Assembly (NCBI GenBank): GCA_017561145.1
Contig: JAFZDO010000025.1
Span: 17,776-81,775 of the forward strand
Reading direction: 5' to 3'
DNA length: 64,000 nucleotides
DNA from: Clostridia bacterium
Lineage (GTDB): Bacteria; Bacillota; Clostridia; Oscillospirales; CAG-382
The notes under the pieces are model-generated. The model was not told the DNA's origin and searched no databases. It was given only the letters and a program-made list of their open reading frames with translations. How positions within the stretch are numbered: the stretch's first letter is position 1; each line of letters starts with the position of its first letter. Of this stretch, positions 29,466-37,449 are shown in pieces. A program made the position numbers and the translations under genes.

Positions 29466-30661
29466 ACGGTCAGACCGTAAAAACCATTACCGTTGAGCAA
29501 TTAAACACATATATAAAGGATTACCTTTCCACCTCTCCGCTGCTTAACAAGGTCGTTGTTAAGGGCGAGCTTTCGAACGTGCGCGTTTACGGCGGAAGCG
29601 GCCATATTTATTTCACCCTCAAGGATGAAAATTCCGCGATCCCCGCAACGATGTTCGGCGGTGCTTCGAAATTGAAGTTCAAGCCCGAAAACGGCATGAA
29701 GGTCGTTTGTACCGGCAGAGTTGCGGTTTTCGTGCGCGACGGACAGTACCGTCTTTATGCCGAGGAGATGGAGCCCGACGGAATCGGTTCGCTTTATATC
29801 GCCTTCGAGCAATTAAAGGCAAAGCTGCAAAAGGAAGGCCTTTTTGCGCCCGAGCATAAGAAAAGGATACCGAAAATTCCCTTTTCGGTCGGCATAATCA
29901 CCGCTCCGGGCGGTGCGGCAGTGCAGGATATGATAAACGTATCGCGCCGCCGTTTTCCTGCCGTTAAGCTTTATCTTTATCCCTCGTTGGTACAAGGACC
30001 GTCGGCGCCCGCACAGCTTATAAATGCGTTGAAAAATCTTGATGAATCGGGCCTTTGCGACGTTATTATCATCGGCCGCGGCGGCGGAAGCACCGAGGAC
30101 CTTTGGTGCTTTAACGATGAAGGCCTTGCGCACGCCGTTTATGAATGCAAAACGCCGATAATTTCGGCGGTCGGACACGAAACCGATTTTACAATATGCG
30201 ATTTTGTGGCAGATCTTCGCGCTCCCACTCCGAGCGCGGCGGCAGAGCTTGCCGTACCCGACGTGCGCGATCTGAAAAAACAGTTCGAAAACGTACAAAG
30301 CCGCCTTGTAAACACCCTTTCCGCAAGAACCGATTATTTGCGCCAGCGCCTGCTTACCTTGTCGCAGCGCCCCGTTCTTCAAAGTCCGCAAAGCTATTTT
30401 GACGACAGACGTATGGCGGTCGCAAGGGACGAGGAAAGATTGTATCAGCTTGTCGGCAACCGTATCGAGCGTGAACGGATGAAGCTATTCGCGCAGAACG
30501 AAAAATTAAACAGCTTGAACCCTCTTTCGGTGTTGGGACGCGGATTTTCGGTTGCCTTCGGCGAAGACGGCAAGGCGATAAGAAGCGTTGACGAATTACC
30601 CGAGGGAACGGAATTTGAGCTTTTACTTAAAGACGGCAAAAAGAAAGCGATAGCTAAATAA
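29462..30661 (+). CDS. xseA: Exodeoxyribonuclease VII large subunit
   Basis: GELSN, GHIYFTLKD, GRGGGS.EDLW.FN, SAVGHETD, APTPSAAAE. Confidence 0.96.
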   Translation: MNGQTVKTITVEQLNTYIKDYLSTSPLLNKVVVKGELSNVRVYGGSGHIYFTLKDENSAIPATMFGGASKLKFKPENGMKVVCTGRVAVFVRDGQYRLYAEEMEPDGIGSLYIAFEQLKAKLQKEGLFAPEHKKRIPKIPFSVGIITAPGGAAVQDMINVSRRRFPAVKLYLYPSLVQGPSAPAQLINALKNLDESGLCDVIIIGRGGGSTEDLWCFNDEGLAHAVYECKTPIISAVGHETDFTICDFVADLRAPTPSAAAELAVPDVRDLKKQFENVQSRLVNTLSARTDYLRQRLLTLSQRPVLQSPQSYFDDRRMAVARDEERLYQLVGNRIERERMKLFAQNEKLNSLNPLSVLGRGFSVAFGEDGKAIRSVDELPEGTEFELLLKDGKKKAIAK

Positions 30662-30683
30662 ATTAAAAGAAGAAGTTGTTGAT

Positions 30684-31574
30684 ATGGCAAGAATTTTAAG
30701 AGCAATGACAAAGGACGGCTCGGCAAGAGCCATTTTATTGGACGGCCGCGATATCGTTGAGCGCGCACGTCAGATACACAACACCACCCCCGTTGCAACC
30801 GCGGCGTTGGGCAGAACTCTGCTTGCGACATCGCTTGCGGGCTCGATGCTCGGCGAAAAGGAAGACGTTATAACCATCCGTTTTAAGGGTGACGGCGTTG
30901 GCGGAAGTGTTGTTGCAACGAGTGACTGGTGCGGCAACGTGCGCGGATTTATCCAGAACCCCTCTGCCGATCTGCCTCTTCGCGCCGACGGAAAATTGGA
31001 CGTTGGCGGCTGTATCGGTCAGGGCGAGCTTTATATCCTCCGCGATGCGGGCGGAAGCGAACCTTACGTTGGTATTTCAAAAATCCAAACCGGCGAGGTC
31101 GGTGACGATATTGCATATTATTATGCAACGAGCGAGCAGATCCCCACGGTTTGCGCTTTGGGTGTGCTTGTCGACAGAGATTATACCGTTCTTCGCGCAG
31201 GCGGTGCACTTATTCAGCTTCTTCCTTTCTATGACGATGAGGTTGCCGAAAAATTAGAGCAAAACGCGGCAAAAATGCGCCCCGTTACAAAAATTCTTTC
31301 GGAGGGCACTCTCGAGGACGTGCTTGCCGAGGTGCTCGACGGCATTGAATATGACCTTTTCGACGAGATCGAATGCGAATATAAATGCGCCTGCAGCCGT
31401 GAAAAGACCGATAACGCGCTTATCTCGCTTGGCACAAAGGAATTGACCGATATGATCGAAAACGGCGAAGACGTTACCGAAATGACCTGCAGCTTCTGCG
31501 ATGCCGTTTATAAATATTCGAAAAGTGATTTAAAGCATCTGCTTAAAATCGTTGAGAAAAACAATGAAAAATAA
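30684..31574 (+). CDS. hslO: Redox-regulated chaperone Hsp33
   Basis: TAALGRTL, SEQIPT, C-terminal CAC...CSFC zinc centre. Confidence 0.95.
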   Translation: MARILRAMTKDGSARAILLDGRDIVERARQIHNTTPVATAALGRTLLATSLAGSMLGEKEDVITIRFKGDGVGGSVVATSDWCGNVRGFIQNPSADLPLRADGKLDVGGCIGQGELYILRDAGGSEPYVGISKIQTGEVGDDIAYYYATSEQIPTVCALGVLVDRDYTVLRAGGALIQLLPFYDDEVAEKLEQNAAKMRPVTKILSEGTLEDVLAEVLDGIEYDLFDEIECEYKCACSREKTDNALISLGTKELTDMIENGEDVTEMTCSFCDAVYKYSKSDLKHLLKIVEKNNEK

Positions 31575-32283
31575 TATTAAAACCGCACTTGTTACGGGCG
31601 GCGCAAGAGGTATTGGCGAAGCGATATGCCGTGCGCTCTCGCGCGAGGGATTTTATCTGTATATCCATTGCAACCAAAGTATTGATACGGCGAAATCGCT
31701 TTGCGAGGAGCTTGGCAACGCCGAATATATTTCTGCAGATTTGACCGATCCCGAATCGGTAAAAATGCTTGCCGAGAAATGTGCCGACGTTGACGTTTTG
31801 GTCAACAACGCAGGCACTGCGCTTGTTTTTCCGTTTGACGCGATCAGCGATGAAGCGGCAAGAAAAATGTACGAGATCAATCTTTTTGCCCCGATAAATC
31901 TTGCAAGAAGGCTTTTGCCGAATATGATCAGCCGCAAAAGCGGTGTGATAATCAATATTTCATCGATATTCGGCGAGGTCGGCGGAAGCTGCGAGGTCGA
32001 TTATTCCGCCGCAAAGTCGGGTATCATCGGCTTTACAAAGGCGCTTGCCAAGGAGGTCGGACCTGCAGGCATTCGTGTGAACTGCGTTTGCCCCGGCATT
32101 ATCGATACCGATATGAACGGCGACCTTACATTTGAGGATATCGATTCGCTTTGCGATGAAATTCCGCTTGGCAGAATGGGCGAACCCGACGAGGTTGCAG
32201 AATGTGTGGCGTTTCTGGCGTCCGACAAGGCGAAATACATTACGGGAAGCGTTTTTGATATAAACGGCGGTTGGCAGGGATAG
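31564..32283 (+). CDS. SDR oxidoreductase, FabG/YmfI(EfpI)-like
   Basis: TGGARGIG, NNAG, SSIFGEVGGSCEVDYSAAK (YmfI-like signature). Confidence 0.85.
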   Translation: MKNNIKTALVTGGARGIGEAICRALSREGFYLYIHCNQSIDTAKSLCEELGNAEYISADLTDPESVKMLAEKCADVDVLVNNAGTALVFPFDAISDEAARKMYEINLFAPINLARRLLPNMISRKSGVIINISSIFGEVGGSCEVDYSAAKSGIIGFTKALAKEVGPAGIRVNCVCPGIIDTDMNGDLTFEDIDSLCDEIPLGRMGEPDEVAECVAFLASDKAKYITGSVFDINGGWQG

Positions 32284-32330
32284 CGCTACGCTCTCGACAC
32301 AAAAATCCAAGGATTTTCTTGTTCCGACAA
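32283..32330 (+). repeat. Partial copy (5' hairpin module) of the structured repeat, directly upstream of dut
   Basis: GCGCTACGCTCTCGACACAAAAATCC-AA-GGATTTT, sharing ACGCTCTCGACACAAAA with copy B. Confidence 0.75.
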
Positions 32331-32340
32331 GGAGTAAATT

Positions 32341-32811
32341 ATGAACCGTATTGCAAAGTTTTATAAGGTGTCCGAAGCGCAATTTAACCGCGAGGGCTAC
32401 GAAAATATAACCCTTCCGCGCCGCGCAACGGCGGGCTCGGCAGGTTATGATTTTATCGCGCCTTATGATTTTTCGCTTGACGTGGGCGAGGAGATCGTTA
32501 TTGATACCGGCATCCGTGCGAAAATTGCCGACGGTTGGGTTTTGGTAATACTTCCGCGATCGGGCTCGGGATTTAAATACGGCGTCCGCCTTGCGAACAC
32601 TGCAGGCGTTATCGATTCTGATTATTTCAACGCCGATAACGAGGGACATATTAAAATCAAGCTTGTCGGCGGAAGTAAAACCTATACCGTAAAAGCGGGC
32701 GACGCTTTTGCACAAGGCATATTTCTTCCTTACGGCATTACCGAGGACGATGATTGTGCCGAGGAACGCCACGGCGGGTTTGGAAGCACGGATAACCCCC
32801 GAAGTCGCTAA
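32341..32811 (+). CDS. dut: dUTP diphosphatase (trimeric dUTPase)
   Basis: SAGYD, PRSG, GVIDSDY, AQGIF, RHGGFGST. Confidence 0.95.
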   Translation: MNRIAKFYKVSEAQFNREGYENITLPRRATAGSAGYDFIAPYDFSLDVGEEIVIDTGIRAKIADGWVLVILPRSGSGFKYGVRLANTAGVIDSDYFNADNEGHIKIKLVGGSKTYTVKAGDAFAQGIFLPYGITEDDDCAEERHGGFGSTDNPRSR

Positions 32812-32976
32812 CGCTCTCCCCAAAAAATCTAAAGATTTTTTAGGGACCCCATAGTCGCTTCGCTCCGTTTGGATGTTCGTGCGCTCGCGCCAACCTTGTG
32901 CGCGCCTTCGGCTTGTCCAAGGTTGCGAACATCGAAGGTATAAAAATCGACGCACATGTCGCCGATTTTTATAGAA
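32803..32976 (+). repeat. Structured intergenic repeat element, copy C
   Basis: CGCTAACGCTCTC + CCCAAAAAATCT-AA-AGATTTTTTAGGG; GATGTTCG-TGCGCTCGCGC-CAACCTTG...CAAGGTTG-CGAACATC; AGGTATA; AAAATCGACG-CACATGT-CGCCGATTTTTATAG. Confidence 0.85.
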
Positions 32977-33091
32977 TAATTAATTGTATTTATATTGAAA
33001 ATTTATATTAAAAAGTTTTGAAGAGAGCGCGAGAGTGGCTTTTTCAAAAGACACTTTCGCATAAACAGAAAAAATATATTAAGGTGAAAGA

Positions 33092-33394
33092 ATGATTACG
33101 ACAAAACAAAGAGCATATCTTCGCTCGCTTGCAAACACAATAGAGCCGACAACTCAAATCGGCAAATTCGGTATTGGCGAAACGCTTATCGAAACGGTCG
33201 AAAAAGCGCTTGAGGCGCACGAGCTTATAAAGCTTACCGTTCTCGAAACCTGCCCCGAATCGCCCAAGGAAGCAATGGTTTCGCTCTGCGAGGCGCTTAA
33301 TTGCGAAGCGGTTCAGGTCATCGGCAGAAAGGTTGTCATCTACCGTCAATCGAGCAAGCCCGAAAACCGCAAGATAGTATTACCGAGAAAATAA
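33092..33394 (+). CDS. yhbY: YhbY/CRM-domain ribosome assembly RNA-binding protein
   Basis: KQRAYLRSLA, QIGK.G, HELIK, VQVIG...VIYR. Confidence 0.93.
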   Translation: MITTKQRAYLRSLANTIEPTTQIGKFGIGETLIETVEKALEAHELIKLTVLETCPESPKEAMVSLCEALNCEAVQVIGRKVVIYRQSSKPENRKIVLPRK

Positions 33395-33399
33395 AAGAA

Positions 33400-33436
33400 A
33401 GAGCTGTGCAATCCTAAAATTGCACAGCTTTTTTTG
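33400..33436. terminator. Bidirectional terminator
   Basis: AGCTGTGCAAT...ATTGCACAGCTTTTTTT. Confidence 0.8.
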
Positions 33437-33438
33437 TT

Positions 33439-34599
33439 TTATATGCTTACCTTTTTAACCCATTCGTTCCAACGAGGGTCGGATTTGATTTCTGCTTCAA
33501 CTTGTTTATAATCAGGATTGCACCAAAAGGGCCAGTCTTCGGGCAAGTGCTTAACAAGTTCTTTTGGATATTCAGCTTTGAATTTCACGAATGATACGAG
33601 AGGGGCTGTTAAGCTATGTTCTTTTCCGTCAACAAGCGTTTCGTATGCTTTGGCGTGATCAAGCGCCCTATCGAGCGATACAAAAGCATCATCGTGATAT
33701 CCGCGTTCCCACTGTAACCTTGAAAGATATAGGTAAAGCTTGCTTACGAAATCGTGATGAACACCCATATTTCCGTCGTCACAAATCAAATCGAATACCG
33801 CTATTGCACCCTTTACTTTCTCGATAGGCATATCGCTTTCGTAATGCTTGATATTGGCAATCAAACCGTAAACTAATTGCTCTGAAAATTGACGTGCTGA
33901 TTCCAACAGAAATTCGCCGATATATTCTGCTTCAAGTTTTCCGTCAGTTGCTTCAGTAAGCAAAAATTCTCTTGACTGTTGTAATTTCGGCATACGTTTA
34001 GCATAAGAGATTGCTTTTTCAAACTCGCCGTAATTACGGTAAAGAGGAACAAGAATGGCTACAGCCTGCGTAAAAATAATATTATCTTTGGTGTTATCTA
34101 CAAGCTGTTCACACACCTTTGCGCATTCCGACCAATACTCATTTTTCTTATGCGTATCGTAATGATATTGTATATATCCCTCATCGTCGTAATAAAGCCA
34201 CCCGTAATGCCTTCTCCAACCTGCTTCCCATAGTGTGTCGGCAAGGGTGAGCAGCAAGCGTTCATTGTTTGGAAATTCTGCAAGTCCTTCTCGAAGTATT
34301 GCAAGGCATTCTTCTACCCACGAGCCATCGTCACTATGTTTGATATCGTATGCATCTACTTTGCCAATAATTGTACTTATTTTCTTATCACGGTCATTTT
34401 CATAACCGAAAAGCTCGTCGATCGTGATACCGAAATAATTTGCGATAGCGGGTATCATTTCCATATCGGGATAGCTTCCGTCCTTTTCCCAACGGGATAC
34501 CGCTTGGTTTGTAACTCCGAGCGCATTGGCAAGGTCTTCCTGCTTTCTGCTGTCACGCTTGCGAAGCTCTTTTATTTTTTGTCCGAGTGTAAGCTTCAT
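33439..34599 (-). CDS. XRE-family HTH regulator with TPR-like helical C-terminal domain
   Basis: LGQKIKELRK...QEDLANALGVTNQAVSRWE...YPD...IANYFGITIDELFG followed by ~320 aa helical region. Confidence 0.85.
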   Translation of the reverse strand: MKLTLGQKIKELRKRDSRKQEDLANALGVTNQAVSRWEKDGSYPDMEMIPAIANYFGITIDELFGYENDRDKKISTIIGKVDAYDIKHSDDGSWVEECLAILREGLAEFPNNERLLLTLADTLWEAGWRRHYGWLYYDDEGYIQYHYDTHKKNEYWSECAKVCEQLVDNTKDNIIFTQAVAILVPLYRNYGEFEKAISYAKRMPKLQQSREFLLTEATDGKLEAEYIGEFLLESARQFSEQLVYGLIANIKHYESDMPIEKVKGAIAVFDLICDDGNMGVHHDFVSKLYLYLSRLQWERGYHDDAFVSLDRALDHAKAYETLVDGKEHSLTAPLVSFVKFKAEYPKELVKHLPEDWPFWCNPDYKQVEAEIKSDPRWNEWVKKVSI

Positions 34600-34637
34600 A
34601 AAAACCTCCGAAATATTTATTTCACCGGTGTGCTTTT

Positions 34638-34666
34638 ATTATAGCTTACGAAAACGACGGAATCAA
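34638..34666 (-). promoter_or_regulatory. Sigma-A promoter of the XRE-TPR gene
   Basis: TTGATT-17nt-TATAAT on the - strand. Confidence 0.7.
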
Positions 34667-34721
34667 TAATCAATCGGTTGTTTATTAATCAAATGGTGGT
34701 TGATTGAGCCGCTGAAAATTT

Positions 34722-34751
34722 AACGCCGAGGATAGTTGAGTCCTCGGCGTT
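34722..34751 (-). terminator. Hairpin after the ECF sigma gene
   Basis: AACGCCGAGGA...TCCTCGGCGTT. Confidence 0.6.
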
Positions 34752-34759
34752 CCCATTTT

Positions 34760-36385
34760 TTATTTATTAACAGACATCCAGCAGCCTTCGGCGCCGACGC
34801 CGTTTTCGGGCGGCGTGAGAATGCCTTTTTCAATAAGGTGCTCAACAACCGCGTCGAGTATCGGCAGATTCGCAAGACTGTTTGCATGCTCCCATTCGTC
34901 GAGAAGGTGCTCGGGAATGGATTTTTTGAAAAGAAGCGCAAGCTTATCGGCAACCGTTTTGGCGTGAGCATCAAAAACGCCCTTGTCAAGACCGTGGCTG
35001 ACTTTGAACAGATCGTCGCGGTCATCGAGCTTGCACGCAAGTATTTTGGTGTAAAGCATATCGCCGTCGCGGTAGAGATAACCGCATTCTATTGCCTTTG
35101 CAGAATGCTCCTTTTCGGTTTCGGTAAGGGTATTTATATCGAGTCCGTCAATAGCGCGGATGGCAAGCTGAAGTAACGGGTCGTTTGAAATATCGTGTCC
35201 GCAGCTAAAATGCTTTTTAATTCGTGCGATATAAATATTATCAAAATACACCTTTGAATATCCGCAGATATTTTCGGCACCGATACCGTCCCAGCCTCCG
35301 CCGTAAAGCTTGCCGTTGTCAACGTAGCCGAACACACTGAAGGGGCGGACCTTTGCAGTGCCCGTAAAGTGATCTGTGGTTAAGACCTTGTGAACGGAAC
35401 GGGAAAATGCGTTCGAAATGCTGTGTATCTGCTGCCAGTAAATAAGGTTTATATCTACGCTCTTGTTAAGATAAGGGAAGGCAAGATATTCGTCCCTATG
35501 CTCCTCGAAAAACTTTGCGATGCTGTCGCAGATCATCGGCAATTGGTCGTTGTAGATCGCAGTTGCCTTTTCAAGCACTTCCTTTTCAAGCAATACGAAA
35601 TTGATGGTATATTTGCCGTTATCCAAGCGGCGAAGAAGACCGTATTCTCCGTTTTCGCCCTTGCGTAATATTTCAAGCTCTTCTTCAACATAAACGGTAG
35701 GGACGTTCAATTCCTCTGCGATTTCGGATGCGCTCATCGCTTTTTTGCGGCAAAGCCAAAGAATATGCTTCGAAAAGGTGCGTCCGAAGCCATCGCGCGG
35801 GTCACCCCAAGAGGGGTTGCCGGTTCCCCAAATAACGTAATTGATATTTTCATCAAGGGATATCGGCTTATTATAAGTATCTGACATTTCTTCTACCTCA
35901 CTTTTGATCTTTTGTCTTGCCGAAAAAAGTCTTTGACGTATCGCGCCTTCGCTCGTTCCTTGCTTTTTTGCTATTTCTGCCGAGGAAAGACCGTCGAGAT
36001 AAAACATTATCATAACGTCGCGGTATGCCTTGGTCAAAAAAGCGATACGACGATAAACCGAGGTTAAAAGCTCGTTTGTATCGTCAACGTGCTCTTCCTC
36101 TGCGACGTTAAGCAAAACCGTTTCGGGGTCGCCGCTGTAAAAGGTGTCGGTGCGCTTTCTTTTCTTCTCGGAAAAGTCGGCATATACGTTTCGCGCAACT
36201 CTCCAAATGAAAGGGTAAGCGCTTTCGATTTCACCGTCGGTGTGCGCGGCTTTTACAAGGGCATAAACGATATCCGAGCAAAGCTCCTCTGCTTGATAGC
36301 TGTCATTTGTTCTCGAGTAACAGAAACCGAACAGCCTATCAAGCAGCTCGTCATTGACATAGTTCAGCAATTCTTGTTTTTTCAT
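34760..36385 (-). CDS. ECF-type sigma-70 factor with long C-terminal extension
   Basis: Region 2 (LFGFCYSRT...AEELCSDI...FIWRVARN) and region 4 (YRDVMIMFYLDGLSSAEIA...AIRQRLFSARQKIK); start moved to 36385 (GGAGA RBS). Confidence 0.85.
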   Translation of the reverse strand: MKKQELLNYVNDELLDRLFGFCYSRTNDSYQAEELCSDIVYALVKAAHTDGEIESAYPFIWRVARNVYADFSEKKRKRTDTFYSGDPETVLLNVAEEEHVDDTNELLTSVYRRIAFLTKAYRDVMIMFYLDGLSSAEIAKKQGTSEGAIRQRLFSARQKIKSEVEEMSDTYNKPISLDENINYVIWGTGNPSWGDPRDGFGRTFSKHILWLCRKKAMSASEIAEELNVPTVYVEEELEILRKGENGEYGLLRRLDNGKYTINFVLLEKEVLEKATAIYNDQLPMICDSIAKFFEEHRDEYLAFPYLNKSVDINLIYWQQIHSISNAFSRSVHKVLTTDHFTGTAKVRPFSVFGYVDNGKLYGGGWDGIGAENICGYSKVYFDNIYIARIKKHFSCGHDISNDPLLQLAIRAIDGLDINTLTETEKEHSAKAIECGYLYRDGDMLYTKILACKLDDRDDLFKVSHGLDKGVFDAHAKTVADKLALLFKKSIPEHLLDEWEHANSLANLPILDAVVEHLIEKGILTPPENGVGAEGCWMSVNK

Positions 36386-36527
36386 TTTGTTCTCCAAGCG
36401 ATCGATCAATGCTTTCGCCCTATAAGTCGGCAAGACTTTTGAAATGTTAGGTAGATCTTAAAAAATTCTTTTAACGATAAACGCCGAGAGAACCTTTTAA
36501 GGCACTCTCGGCAGTCTTTTATATTAT

Positions 36528-37448
36528 TTATTCGCCAAGGAAGCCTTCGAGGATCTTTTCTTCGGCTTCTTCCTCGGTAAGACCGAGCGTCATAAGCTTA
36601 ATCAATTGGTCGCCCGCGATTCTGCCGATAGCGGCTTCGTGGATAAGGTTTGCTTCGGGGTGCTCTGCCGCAACGGCGGGGATCGAGCTTATCGTTGCCT
36701 TGCCCATAAGGATCGAATCGCAACGGATATGACCGAAGCACTTTGCCTTGCCGGTAACACAGGGACGGAATACCTGCTTCGATTCGTCCTGACCGACCGA
36801 GCGCGAGATGATTCTGCCGTTTGCATTTTCGCCGTTAAGTACAAGATCCATATCCGATTCGGCATATTGCTTGCCGTGGGTAAGGAGCTTTTCGTTGATA
36901 ATTGCGTTGGCATCCTTTGCAAGCACTATCGTCGTTTTGCGGTAGGTCGAATCGATTCCGCGTATCTGTGTCGTATCCATCTGGATCGTCGAGCCCTCGC
37001 CCGCGTAAACCACGGTTTCGGGGTTCATAACACGTTCGCCGTTGCCGTCGCCGTCGCCGTAATGACGTTCTGCATAACGGACTACCGAATTGTTGCCGAT
37101 ATAGAAGGTGTGAACGCCATCGTGACGCGATTCGCCGTCTCCGCAGTTGTGAATGCCGCAGCCTGCCATAATGGTAACGTCGCAATCGTCGCCGATATAA
37201 AAATCGTTATAAACCGTTTCGGAATATCCGGTATCGGTGATAATAACGGGGATGTGAACCGTTTCGCCCTTTGTACCGCTTTTGATGTTTATATCGATAC
37301 CGGGCTTATCGGTTTTGTTTTCAATGCGGATGCTTTCGGTGGAAAATCTTCCTGCCGATTCGCCGTTTTTGCGGATATTGTACGCCCCCGTGGGGATGGA
37401 ATCCATAAGGGCAATTTCTTTAAGAAGAGTGAAATCAAGCTTGTCCAT
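36528..37448 (-). CDS. SufB/SufD-family Fe-S scaffold protein
   Basis: Beta-helix-like repeats, GCGIHNCG, GHIRCDSI, LIHEAAIGRIA..QL.KLMTLGL. Confidence 0.85.
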   Translation of the reverse strand: MDKLDFTLLKEIALMDSIPTGAYNIRKNGESAGRFSTESIRIENKTDKPGIDINIKSGTKGETVHIPVIITDTGYSETVYNDFYIGDDCDVTIMAGCGIHNCGDGESRHDGVHTFYIGNNSVVRYAERHYGDGDGNGERVMNPETVVYAGEGSTIQMDTTQIRGIDSTYRKTTIVLAKDANAIINEKLLTHGKQYAESDMDLVLNGENANGRIISRSVGQDESKQVFRPCVTGKAKCFGHIRCDSILMGKATISSIPAVAAEHPEANLIHEAAIGRIAGDQLIKLMTLGLTEEEAEEKILEGFLGE

Positions 37449-37449
37449 A

